From a virus (taxonomy: Duplodnaviria > Caudoviricetes), in IMG/VR virus record IMGVR_UViG_3300035661_000068, positions 1 through 61,728 of that record: a stretch of DNA of 61,728 nt. One strand, given 5' to 3'. Made by a program: the position numbers and the translations under genes. This document shows positions 26,752 to 36,028 of this stretch, in pieces. The first letter of the stretch is position 1; each line of letters starts with the position of its first letter. Under the pieces are notes generated by a model. That model was not told where the DNA came from and did not search any database. It saw nothing but the letters and a program-made list of their open reading frames with translations.

Positions 26752-27415
26752 GCAAAAGATTCGCAACCGGATCATCGAACACCGTGACGTTCCGGCTGAA
26801 TTGATCAAAAACAATCCGAAGAACTATCGACTCCACCCGACCGAACAGCGAGATGCTTTAATTGGCGTACTCGAAGAGGTCGGGATCGTCGACACCGTCA
26901 TGCTGAGGGAGTTGGGCGACGGCACGTACGAACTCATTGATGGTCATCTTCGGAAGGATATCCTAAAAGGCCAGATGGTCCCGGCGACGATCGTCGACCT
27001 GACTGAGTCTGAGGCAGACCTAATCCTCGCGACCCATGACCCTTTGACCGGCATGGCCAAGCACGACCCCGAGAAGCTCGAAGAGCTATTGAAAGACCTG
27101 GAGACGAACAATCCCAGTATCGCAGATCTGTTGCAGCAGTTGGCTGACCAAGCCGGTATCGAGGAAGAGAAGGCGAAGTCTCACAAGAAGACCGACGGTG
27201 GATCTTTCACCGACCCCGACGAGAACTTCCGTGAGACCAAGATGATCATCCAGTATACGATGATCTTTGACGACGAAGAACAGCAGGCCGATTGGTTCGG
27301 GTTTCTCCGGTACTTAAAAGACCGGTTCCCTGAAGAAGAGTCGATCGGCGGCAGAGTTGCGTCACACTGCCGGTCTTTGCGGGAACGTGACGATTCGAGT
27401 GAAACACCATTCTGA
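26744..27415 (+). CDS. ParB/Srx N-terminal domain protein
   Basis: NPKNYRLHP..Q..AL...L.EVG, ELIDGHLR. Confidence 0.85.
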   Translation: MSKQKIRNRIIEHRDVPAELIKNNPKNYRLHPTEQRDALIGVLEEVGIVDTVMLRELGDGTYELIDGHLRKDILKGQMVPATIVDLTESEADLILATHDPLTGMAKHDPEKLEELLKDLETNNPSIADLLQQLADQAGIEEEKAKSHKKTDGGSFTDPDENFRETKMIIQYTMIFDDEEQQADWFGFLRYLKDRFPEEESIGGRVASHCRSLRERDDSSETPF

Positions 27416-27612
27416 GGCAAACATGAGCGAAATGTCGCGTTTCGTACCAAGCACTGCAAAAAGTCAGCAAGCATCGCGATTGGCATTGGCAAAAACGATC
27501 AAGCGGATATTGAAATAACTTCCGATACTGGAAGCTTTCACAGGTTGACTTTCGATGAACTGATTCTAGCAGTGACTGAATTTGAAAAGCGAAAGAACTC
27601 TGAGATTCAGTA

Positions 27613-28662
27613 ATGCCCAAGGCAAAGCAGTACCTCGACATTGATGTCTTGACGGCGGCGAGACGAAGAATCCGCCATGCCTTCGACGCGTACGACACCG
27701 TCGCGGTCTGCTTCTCTGGCGGCAAGGATTCGACCGCCGCACTGTGGCTCGCAAAAGAGGTCGCGGAAGAGCGTGGTCTCGGCAAGGTCAATGTCGTGTT
27801 TCGTGACGAAGAGTTAATTCCAGACGCCGTGATCGAACATGTTCAATCAGTCATGAGTCTGCCATGGGTGCGACCACATTATTTCACTGTTCCACTGAAG
27901 AGCAGCAAGTTCATCCTGGGGAAGTCGTACCAGTATACACAGTGGGGACCAGGACGACCATGGGTGCGGGAAAAGCCAGCCAACGCGATATCGCTACCCG
28001 TGGGCGACACCAGGACGTTCGACCAGTACACGATCGATGCGTTTACGGCGGAGCGGTTCAAGGGGTCGGTGATGTTCGTGACCGGCATCAGGGCTGATGA
28101 AAGCTTAACAAGACTAAGATCCGTACTGAACAAGCTCAACATGCCTTGGGTGACGAACACCGACACGTCAGCCGCCAACGTCCGGCTCGGCAAGGTCATC
28201 TACGACTGGACCGAGAATGATGTATTGAAGTTTCTGCATGAGTCAGGTGCCCCGCTGTGTCAGTGGTACTGTTGGCAGCACTGGGCCGGATGCGGACTCA
28301 GAGTGTCGACGCCGATCCATTCCGAGCAAGCCAAGCGTCTCAGCAAGGTAAAGGAACTGGACCCAGAGTTCTACGACCGAATTCTCAAAGTCTTCCCAGA
28401 GGTCGAGGCCCAGGCCCGCTACTGGGGAGAGCTGGACAAGGAAGCGTTGCGACGCCAGTATGGCGAATCGCTCGAAGGCGTTCAGGCATACTTGGATGAG
28501 TTTCTGGTCGACGAGGCTCAACTGGCCATGGCCCAGAAACGGTTCGACCAAGCGTGCGTGTTCCATCAGAAGTCGCCCGAAGCTTACCCGGTCAGGCACA
28601 TTCTCGACCACTTCATCGGCGGCGGTTACAAACGGTCTGTCATGGCAATGAAGGTGAAGTGA
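27613..28662 (+). CDS. PAPS-reductase-family PP-loop protein (IbrA/YbdN-like)
   Basis: VCFSGGKDS, FRDEE, GIRADESLTR, IYDW...DV, LRVSTP. Confidence 0.88.
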   Translation: MPKAKQYLDIDVLTAARRRIRHAFDAYDTVAVCFSGGKDSTAALWLAKEVAEERGLGKVNVVFRDEELIPDAVIEHVQSVMSLPWVRPHYFTVPLKSSKFILGKSYQYTQWGPGRPWVREKPANAISLPVGDTRTFDQYTIDAFTAERFKGSVMFVTGIRADESLTRLRSVLNKLNMPWVTNTDTSAANVRLGKVIYDWTENDVLKFLHESGAPLCQWYCWQHWAGCGLRVSTPIHSEQAKRLSKVKELDPEFYDRILKVFPEVEAQARYWGELDKEALRRQYGESLEGVQAYLDEFLVDEAQLAMAQKRFDQACVFHQKSPEAYPVRHILDHFIGGGYKRSVMAMKVK

Positions 28663-29168
28663 TGCCCGACCCGATCGACTCAGTTGAGTGGCGAGCATCC
28701 CGCGACCTTCGTGGCAACGACTACAATCCCAACTACGTCCTGCTACCCGAGTTGAACCTCCTGGAGCGGTCGATCCTCAAGACGGGATGGACAGCCCCTG
28801 TGACGATCCTGCAGGATGGGACCATCGTGGACGGCTTTCACCGCTGGCGACTCTCCCTGGACAGCCGTAGGCTGCGAGAGCGGTACTCGGAGCGTGTCCC
28901 GACGGTGACGATCGACGCAACGCCTGAACAGGCGAAGGCCGCGACGGTTCGCCTTAACCGGGCTCGCGGGACACACGTGGCGATGCGGATGTCCCAACTG
29001 GTCCGCCAGCTTCTCGAAGACGGCCTGGACTCGCAAGAGATCGCGGCAGAGCTTGGGATGGAACCGAATGAGGTTGAAACGCTCTCCCAAGACTCAATTT
29101 ACAAGGCCCGAAACCTCGATCAATACAGGTACAGCCGCTCATGGATCCCGATCGAAAAAACGAAATAA
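28662..29168 (+). CDS. ParB/Srx-family protein (IbrB/YbdM-like)
   Basis: NDYNPNYV..PE..LL..SI...GWT.P, IVDGFHR, TVRLNRARGTH. Confidence 0.88.
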   Translation: MPDPIDSVEWRASRDLRGNDYNPNYVLLPELNLLERSILKTGWTAPVTILQDGTIVDGFHRWRLSLDSRRLRERYSERVPTVTIDATPEQAKAATVRLNRARGTHVAMRMSQLVRQLLEDGLDSQEIAAELGMEPNEVETLSQDSIYKARNLDQYRYSRSWIPIEKTK

Positions 29169-29866
29169 AGCTCTCGACGAAACAAGTCATCTTGCCGTGG
29201 GAGCAACAGATCTATGAGGGCGAGACAGATAAGAACTTTCGCATGTTCTGTATCTATCGCGATCTCGGCCAGCAACGAACCCTCTCCGAAGCCAGCGAGA
29301 AGATCTGCCCACCTGATCCTGAGAAGCCTCGTCAAAACAAGATCGTCGGCCATGTGGCGCACTGCTGTAAGAAGTTTCGCTGGCGAGAGCGGGCCAGCAT
29401 GTGGGATGGGGAGATCGACCGCAAACTCCGCCACCAAGAGGTCGTAGAGATCAAGAAGATGAAAGAACGGCACATCTCCATCGCGAGCCAACTGATCACG
29501 AAGGCGTTGGAGCGACTCCTGACGCTCAATATCGCCGATATGGGGCCGACCCAACTGCTCAACTTCATCACGGAGGCGATTCGCATTGAAAACGACGCCC
29601 GTGGCGTGAAGAACATCGTCCAGGTTGAACATGTCCAGTCCGATCCGGGCGAACAGAGTGTCAGCCAGGAAGAGACGCCCGAGAATCTCCAGCTTATCCT
29701 CGACACGCTGGCTCGGATCGGTGCCGTTCCGCCACAAGCCATGGGCGTTCTGAGAGGGTACGGCGGTGGCAGCGAAGCTGACGATCAGACCATCGCCGAC
29801 AGCGACGTCGTGGATGTGGAGATCGTTCGCGATCAATCCAATCTGGAGGAATCGGATGAGTCTTGA
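29141..29866 (+). CDS. Terminase small subunit candidate
   Basis: PWEQ...ET.K.F..F..YRD.G..R, W.ERA..WD motifs; position upstream of TerL. Confidence 0.6.
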   Translation: MDPDRKNEIKLSTKQVILPWEQQIYEGETDKNFRMFCIYRDLGQQRTLSEASEKICPPDPEKPRQNKIVGHVAHCCKKFRWRERASMWDGEIDRKLRHQEVVEIKKMKERHISIASQLITKALERLLTLNIADMGPTQLLNFITEAIRIENDARGVKNIVQVEHVQSDPGEQSVSQEETPENLQLILDTLARIGAVPPQAMGVLRGYGGGSEADDQTIADSDVVDVEIVRDQSNLEESDES

Positions 29867-30551
29867 GACGATCGCCAAGTATTGTGCCCTCAGCCCTACG
29901 ACGCCGCAAGCAGAATTCTGCGAGTCAGACCGCTTCGTCACGACAATCAGCGGCCCCATGGCGATGGGAAAGACCACAGCTCTTATCATGTCGGCCCTGC
30001 GGTTCGTCGACGACCCCCGCTACAACGCCATGATCTTCCGTCGCCGATTCAGCGATCTGAAGATGCCCGGAGGGATCGTTGATAATGCCAAGCGGATCAT
30101 CGGGGGTGATGCTGCTTGGTCAGAAAAGCATAAGCGATTCACCTTCCCCAGTGGTGCCAGACTTTCATTTGGATACGCCGAAACGGAACGTGATCTTACT
30201 CGCTATCTCGGCGATGAGTTTCAGTACATCGGCATCGACCGAGTGAATGAATTACATACCAAGAAGGATGCGGTCGGGGAGATTCCAGAAGCGGTGTTAC
30301 ATTTGATATGTCGGCTCCGGGAGGCACAACCCAGGCGGATCCCGCTCCGACTTGCCATGACGATCTCTGACGTTGATGAGTCAGTGGAGTGGTTGCGATG
30401 TCGGCGATTCAGGACAGAGTTCGCCGGGAAGCAGCACCACGTCAAGGCACCGTGGCTCAGTAATCCCCACGTAGATCATGATGGCCTCATGAGACAGCTC
30501 GAATCACTCGATCCGGTGACGCGAGATTGTCTGATGGGAGAATGGCTTTGA
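29856..30551 (+). CDS. Stand-alone degenerate terminase ATPase-domain paralog
   Basis: Aligns with N-half of 30609..32078 (WSEK..RFTFPSGA.L.FGY); Walker B DE changed to DR; no nuclease domain; GGAGG RBS. Confidence 0.85.
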   Translation: MSLETIAKYCALSPTTPQAEFCESDRFVTTISGPMAMGKTTALIMSALRFVDDPRYNAMIFRRRFSDLKMPGGIVDNAKRIIGGDAAWSEKHKRFTFPSGARLSFGYAETERDLTRYLGDEFQYIGIDRVNELHTKKDAVGEIPEAVLHLICRLREAQPRRIPLRLAMTISDVDESVEWLRCRRFRTEFAGKQHHVKAPWLSNPHVDHDGLMRQLESLDPVTRDCLMGEWL

Positions 30552-30608
30552 TTGCCAACCGAAGCCTCAGCGTTCGACTCCTAAGATTGCAAGCAAACTG
30601 AAGGCCAT

Positions 30609-32078
30609 ATGGCTCAAAACATCAGCATCAACGATCAGGCCGAGCTGGCAAAACTTCTGAAGCCCAGGCTGACGAAATATGTCATCCACAAGCCGCATCC
30701 CAAGCAGGCCGCGTTCTTACTCCTTAACCAGCAAGAGGTTATGTTTGGAGGGGCGGGCAGTTCGGGCAAAAGTGATTCCTTGTTGATGGCTGCTTTGCAG
30801 TACGTGGATGTGCCTGGATACTCGGCTCTAATCTTGCGTCGAACATTCGCCGACCTTTCGTTGCCCGGTGCCATCATGGACCGAGCCCGCGAATGGATGT
30901 CGAGATTTCCTGAAGTCCACTGGTCAGAAAAACAGCACCGATTCACCTTCCCGAGTGGCGCAACGCTGCAATTCGGTTATCTCGAAACCGCCAATGACAA
31001 GCACCGATATCAGGGTGCTGAATTTCAATATGTGGGATTCGACGAATTGACCCAATTCCCGAAGGCGGATTACGAATACCTCTTTACCCGCTTGCGACGC
31101 ACTAAGAATTTGTCAGTTCCGCTCCGAATGAGATCAGCGACGAACCCTGGTGGACCACACGGAATCTGGGTGCGTGAGCATTTTGTTGACAAGCCGGACC
31201 CAAGCAAACGAATTTTTTTGCCAGCAACGGTGCATGACAATCCGACAGTAAGCTACGAGGAATACGCCGCGACGCTTGAACGGGTAAACGAAGTCGACCG
31301 TGCCCGTATGCTCTACGGCGACTGGGATATCCAGCCCGAAGGTCTCGTGTATCCCGAGATGGACAAGACGATCTTCGACTCTTCCGAGAAGTTCAAGAAC
31401 GGCATGCCTCCGGGAGAGCATTACGGCGGAATCGACTGGGGGTTTACTAGCCCTGCGGTGTTTTTGATTGGAGTCTTGGACGAGAACAAACACTTTTGGA
31501 TATACTACGAGCGATACGTGCGGGGAAAAACGGTCGCGGAACACGCCGCCGCGTTGCCGAGAGAGAACGAAGTCCTTTATTTCGCCGACTCTGCTGATCC
31601 TCAAAGCATTGCTCAGCTTAAAAAGGAAGACTTTATTGTCCGAAAGGCCAACAAGGACATCAAGTTTGGCATCAACATTGTCCACGAATGGATAAGGTCG
31701 GGACGACTCCATATCAGCTCAGATTGCAAAGCATTGTTTCAAGAAGCAAAGCTCTACCGAAGAAAATCGACACAAGTTAAGGAAGAGCACGAGGTTGGAG
31801 ACCACGACGGTGGCGATCCAGACATCCCGATCAAGAAGAACGATCACGCGCTGGACAGTTTACGCTACACCTTAGTGGGCGTACATAAGCTAATTGGCGG
31901 CTTACCAAAGCACGAGAACGACGTCGAAGAAGTGTCGCTCCCAGAAAATCAAGTCGAGATTAAGAAGCAGTGGAAGTCAAGCGAGTCGCCCTACCGTAAC
32001 TTCGATCTCGGCGTGCCCGACAAGGAAGAAGTCAAGCGTCATCACGACTGGAATAACCCTCGCTGGTGGAACAAATAA
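30609..32078 (+). CDS. Terminase large subunit
   Basis: GGAGSSGKS Walker A, VGFDE Walker B, ATNPGG, nuclease GIDWG...DHALDSLRY. Confidence 0.95.
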   Translation: MAQNISINDQAELAKLLKPRLTKYVIHKPHPKQAAFLLLNQQEVMFGGAGSSGKSDSLLMAALQYVDVPGYSALILRRTFADLSLPGAIMDRAREWMSRFPEVHWSEKQHRFTFPSGATLQFGYLETANDKHRYQGAEFQYVGFDELTQFPKADYEYLFTRLRRTKNLSVPLRMRSATNPGGPHGIWVREHFVDKPDPSKRIFLPATVHDNPTVSYEEYAATLERVNEVDRARMLYGDWDIQPEGLVYPEMDKTIFDSSEKFKNGMPPGEHYGGIDWGFTSPAVFLIGVLDENKHFWIYYERYVRGKTVAEHAAALPRENEVLYFADSADPQSIAQLKKEDFIVRKANKDIKFGINIVHEWIRSGRLHISSDCKALFQEAKLYRRKSTQVKEEHEVGDHDGGDPDIPIKKNDHALDSLRYTLVGVHKLIGGLPKHENDVEEVSLPENQVEIKKQWKSSESPYRNFDLGVPDKEEVKRHHDWNNPRWWNK

Positions 32079-32080
32079 AC

Positions 32081-33556
32081 ATGGGAATATTTGATCGAGT
32101 CATGGATCGCATCCGTGGCAAGTCAGCACCGTCCAGCAGTCCCAGCAGCGGTCCATTCCTGGGCTTCATGGATGCGTACAAGAGTCGGCGATCACCATTG
32201 CCGCTGGAGTTGCTCCAGAGTCACAAGAACGTAGCCTACGCGTGTGCCAGTATCAATGCTCAGGCGTTCGCATCGGTCCCGTTGCGACTCTACCACGTTA
32301 CAGCCCCTGGCCAGCGTGGCCCCAAAAACTTTCCAGCCAAGATGGTTGATACTAGGCGGCTCGAATGGCTGAAGAGTAACAACAACTTCACGCCAATCAT
32401 GGCCAACGACGTCACGATCCGAGAAGTTGCCGACCACCCACTGATGAAGCTCCTGCACAACCCCAATCCATTTCATGGCGAGTTTGACTTGCTCGAATGG
32501 ACCATGACGTCGATGGATATCATGGGCGACGCCTATTGGTCGTTCACGTTCGTCGATATCGGTGGATCAAAGGTTCCGACGCAGATCTGGCCGCTCCAAG
32601 CTCATCTGATGCGACCAATCCCTGACTACACCGATGGCAACATCCTGAGCCATTACGAGTACAGCGGCACGACTGGAAAAATCGTGTATCAGCCTGACGA
32701 AGTTATCCATTTTAAGCATGTTGGCCTAACTGATCCGTACCTGTATGGACTATCGCCGATGCGAGCTGCGTTCGAGCAGGTCACGGTCTCGGATAAGCTG
32801 TTGGCATACGAAGAAGCGATCCTCGACAACCGTGCTCGACCAGACATGATTATCAGCCCCAAGGAAGCGATCGGTCAGCAGGAAGCCAGACGTCTTGAGC
32901 GTAAATTCCAAGAACAGTTTCGTGGCGGCGGGAGTGGCGGCATCGTCATCGCAGAGTCCGGGTTCGACTACAAGAGCATGAACTTTCCGCCTGCCGACTT
33001 GGCCGCACTTGAGATCCGCAAGGTGTCCAAGGAAGAGATCGCCAACGCGTTCAAAGTTCCAGTCTCAATGCTCCAATCCAGGGATGTGAATCGGGCCAAC
33101 GCCGAAGCCGGTGCGTACCAACACGCCAAGGGGGCGGTGCTGCCACGATGCAGGACGTTCGAGCAGTTTCTGAACATGAAGCTAACCCCGCTGTACGACG
33201 AACGTATCTTCCTAGCCTTCGACAATCCTGTCATGGAAGACGCCGCTGAGGCTCGTGAGTCTCGCAAGGTCAATGTCCAAACCGGCATCTGGACGATCAA
33301 TGAAACGCGACGAGTCGACGGCCTGCCTCCGGTCGACGGCGGCGACGACGCCTACATGCCGTCGAATTATGCACCGATTGCGTTGCTAAAAGAAAACGCA
33401 CAAGCGATCATCGATAGGAACCGTGACTCGGCCACCACGCCACCGGGTATTTCCGAGCTTCCAAAAAAGAAACCAAAACGTAAACCTAAGAAGCCAAAGA
33501 GTTTAAGATATCGCATCGCTAAGACGGCCAAGGATATCGATGGAGAAAAGACGTAA
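32081..33556 (+). CDS. HK97-family portal protein
   Basis: LLHNPNP, GDAYW, EVIHFK, YGLSP, EIANAFKVP, TINETR. Confidence 0.95.
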   Translation: MGIFDRVMDRIRGKSAPSSSPSSGPFLGFMDAYKSRRSPLPLELLQSHKNVAYACASINAQAFASVPLRLYHVTAPGQRGPKNFPAKMVDTRRLEWLKSNNNFTPIMANDVTIREVADHPLMKLLHNPNPFHGEFDLLEWTMTSMDIMGDAYWSFTFVDIGGSKVPTQIWPLQAHLMRPIPDYTDGNILSHYEYSGTTGKIVYQPDEVIHFKHVGLTDPYLYGLSPMRAAFEQVTVSDKLLAYEEAILDNRARPDMIISPKEAIGQQEARRLERKFQEQFRGGGSGGIVIAESGFDYKSMNFPPADLAALEIRKVSKEEIANAFKVPVSMLQSRDVNRANAEAGAYQHAKGAVLPRCRTFEQFLNMKLTPLYDERIFLAFDNPVMEDAAEARESRKVNVQTGIWTINETRRVDGLPPVDGGDDAYMPSNYAPIALLKENAQAIIDRNRDSATTPPGISELPKKKPKRKPKKPKSLRYRIAKTAKDIDGEKT

Positions 33557-33978
33557 TGGATATACAGATCGAAGATTCTGACATCATGTTTGCACCTGCG
33601 GACGCGATGATGATCGCCAAAATCCTGCCTCCGTTGATCGTAGGTAACGTCGCGATACACCCCATGGTGTTCGACTTCACCAAGATCGATCCGGTGGTCA
33701 AGTTTCGGGGAAAGCCGGTCGCGAAGATTGACATCATCTCGCTCGACCCAGCCCGGTACGCGGTATCAGCGAAGATCACGTTCAACAAAGATAAGGCATC
33801 AAAAGCTATTTATAAGCTATTCACTGGCGGAATACTGTGGTCGTTCGTGACACGCGTTACCATCACCGCTGTATCGCGAGTCGAGGAAGGCGATGATCGT
33901 TTTCCTCTCCATTGCAAGTCGTACTCGCGGGCCGGATCGATTGAGTCTCTGGCCATCGACCCCTACGCACCAATCTGA
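33556..33978 (+). CDS. Degenerate paralog of the prohead protease
   Basis: Collinear similarity to the adjacent protease domain but lacking the WAHD His and AFSIGF Ser. Confidence 0.55.
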   Translation: MDIQIEDSDIMFAPADAMMIAKILPPLIVGNVAIHPMVFDFTKIDPVVKFRGKPVAKIDIISLDPARYAVSAKITFNKDKASKAIYKLFTGGILWSFVTRVTITAVSRVEEGDDRFPLHCKSYSRAGSIESLAIDPYAPI

Positions 33979-33988
33979 AAGGTAAACG

Positions 33989-35257
33989 ATGGCAGATATC
34001 TTGATTCCGAAGTTCACTGCTGGCGAGCGATACTACAAGACCTACCCGAGCGAGATCCAAGCCGTCAAGGTCAAGGGTGAAGCCCGTACCGTCTTGGCTG
34101 CGGTGTCGACGGATTCGGTTGACCGCGACTCCGAAGTGGTCGTTCAGAACGGCATCGATCGCAAGGCGTTCAGCAGGACACCTAGCGTTTTGTGGGCTCA
34201 CGACTACTCGAAGCCTCCGATCGGCAAGGCGCTCTGGACCAAGGTTCCGAGCGACCGCAGACGCCTGTTGGCTCTGACGAAGTTCGCCGATAACGAGATG
34301 GGTGATCTTTGCTACAACATGTACAAAGACGGCTACATGAACGCGTTCTCGATCGGCTTCCGAGTCCACGAATACAGCCCTCCGTCGGCGGATGAATGTG
34401 CATTGCGGCCCGAATTGGCCAACTGCCGCATGATGCTTCGGAAGACCGAACTGCTCGAATACTCAGCCGTTCCGGTTCCGTGCAACCCTGACGCGTTAGC
34501 CATCGAAGTCAAGGGGTACAGCGACCTTGAGAAAGAGATCCGCAAGGCCCTGAAGGCTGGGATCACCAGCCCTGTGAGTGTGAACGTACCGATCTCACTG
34601 TTGCCAACTGAGGAAAAGGGCGAAGACCTGATTCCTTGTGGCGAGACGGTGATCGACGACACTGAGAAGACCGTCGCGGGTGATGCTGAGGACGTCGAGA
34701 CCAAAACTGGCGACGCGTTTGATGCTGCAGTGGGCGTGGTCGAAACGACCCAGAAGACTGAAATTGAACCAGCCGATCTGGCCATCCTGGAAGTCAAGAC
34801 CGAAGCGAAGGAAGATGTCGCCAAGAAGCTCGATGTTCCAGTCTCAGCGATGGACGAATCCAAGACCGCTGAAGAAAAAACAGGTACGACCGAATTGCCA
34901 AATGAACTCAAGGTCGGCGAGGCAAGATTCGTTACGATCGACGACCTACAACGGATCGTGTCCGAGCCCCTGAAGTGCATCCAGGAGCTGGCAGGTTGTG
35001 TACGAGACTTGATGAAGCTCAACACTGATCTCAACGCCAGTATACAGAAGAACGCCGAAACAGTCAAGGCTGAAGCGAAAGAGATCGTGAAAGAAATCGC
35101 CAAGGAAGAGCCGAAGACGCCCAAGTTCGCCTTCAAGACCGAAGAGACCGTTCAGTCCCAGATCATCCAGGCGATCTACCAGAGCAATCAGAACATCAAG
35201 AACAGCACGAGCGATATCGCCAGACAGGTCATCGAACGCGTGAAAGGCATCGTGTGA
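33989..35257 (+). CDS. HK97-type prohead protease with C-terminal scaffold-like region
   Basis: DRDSEVV, VLWAHD, PIGK, AFSIGF, LLEYSAVPVPCNP. Confidence 0.92.
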   Translation: MADILIPKFTAGERYYKTYPSEIQAVKVKGEARTVLAAVSTDSVDRDSEVVVQNGIDRKAFSRTPSVLWAHDYSKPPIGKALWTKVPSDRRRLLALTKFADNEMGDLCYNMYKDGYMNAFSIGFRVHEYSPPSADECALRPELANCRMMLRKTELLEYSAVPVPCNPDALAIEVKGYSDLEKEIRKALKAGITSPVSVNVPISLLPTEEKGEDLIPCGETVIDDTEKTVAGDAEDVETKTGDAFDAAVGVVETTQKTEIEPADLAILEVKTEAKEDVAKKLDVPVSAMDESKTAEEKTGTTELPNELKVGEARFVTIDDLQRIVSEPLKCIQELAGCVRDLMKLNTDLNASIQKNAETVKAEAKEIVKEIAKEEPKTPKFAFKTEETVQSQIIQAIYQSNQNIKNSTSDIARQVIERVKGIV

Positions 35258-35985
35258 AGTTTTCCGTCTTGGCAAGTGGCTCGCGAGCCAACTGTGCGGT
35301 GATCGAACATCAAGGAAAACTCTTGCTCATCGACAATGGGCTCGGTCCAGTGCTGCTGAGAAAGAGACTCGAATCGATCGGACTCTCGGTTGACAACGTC
35401 GTCGCTACCATCCTGACCCACACTCATTGCGATCACCTGAATCAAGCGACGGTCAAACGACTGGGCGTCCCGGTGTGGTGCAGGGCAGAACACGCGGAAG
35501 GCTTTGACGAGTCAGCATCGCTACATCATTACACGGACGAATCGTTCAGCCCCACAGATGGCATCACGGTAACACCAATCCATCTGTTTCACGATTCGCC
35601 TGCCACGCATGGTTTCCGCATCGATGTCGATGATAAATCGATCGGGTACGTCGCGGACACCGGGGCCTGGACGATCAGGATGGCGAGACGCTTGGCTGGC
35701 GTCGACATCTTGGCGATTGAGTCGAACCACGACGTCGATCTGCAGAAGACGAGCGACCGCCCACCGTCGCTGATTGATCGAGTCTTGAGTAATCTCGGTC
35801 ACTTGTCCAACGAGCAGTCAGCGGCCTTTGTTAGAAAAATCATAGAGCTTGGATCAGCACCAAAACGAATCATCGTCACGCACATCTCGCACTCGTGCAA
35901 CGACGAGCAAAAAATCAGATCAGCACACGATTATGAAGTCGTGATCGCGACGCAAAACGAGGCGACGGAACTGTTTGAAATGTGA
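35254..35985 (+). CDS. MBL-fold metallo-hydrolase (YycJ/WalJ-like)
   Basis: LASGSRAN, LIDNG, THTHCDH, HDS, ADTG, ESNHD, GHLSN. Confidence 0.9.
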   Translation: MKFSVLASGSRANCAVIEHQGKLLLIDNGLGPVLLRKRLESIGLSVDNVVATILTHTHCDHLNQATVKRLGVPVWCRAEHAEGFDESASLHHYTDESFSPTDGITVTPIHLFHDSPATHGFRIDVDDKSIGYVADTGAWTIRMARRLAGVDILAIESNHDVDLQKTSDRPPSLIDRVLSNLGHLSNEQSAAFVRKIIELGSAPKRIIVTHISHSCNDEQKIRSAHDYEVVIATQNEATELFEM

Positions 35986-36028
35986 CAGTGGCGAAGTCAA
36001 CACTTTTACGCAACGCACCAGTTGAGGA

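Noticed and set aside
30572-30581. GTTCGACTCC T-loop-like motif
   Set aside because: No flanking T stem or cloverleaf.
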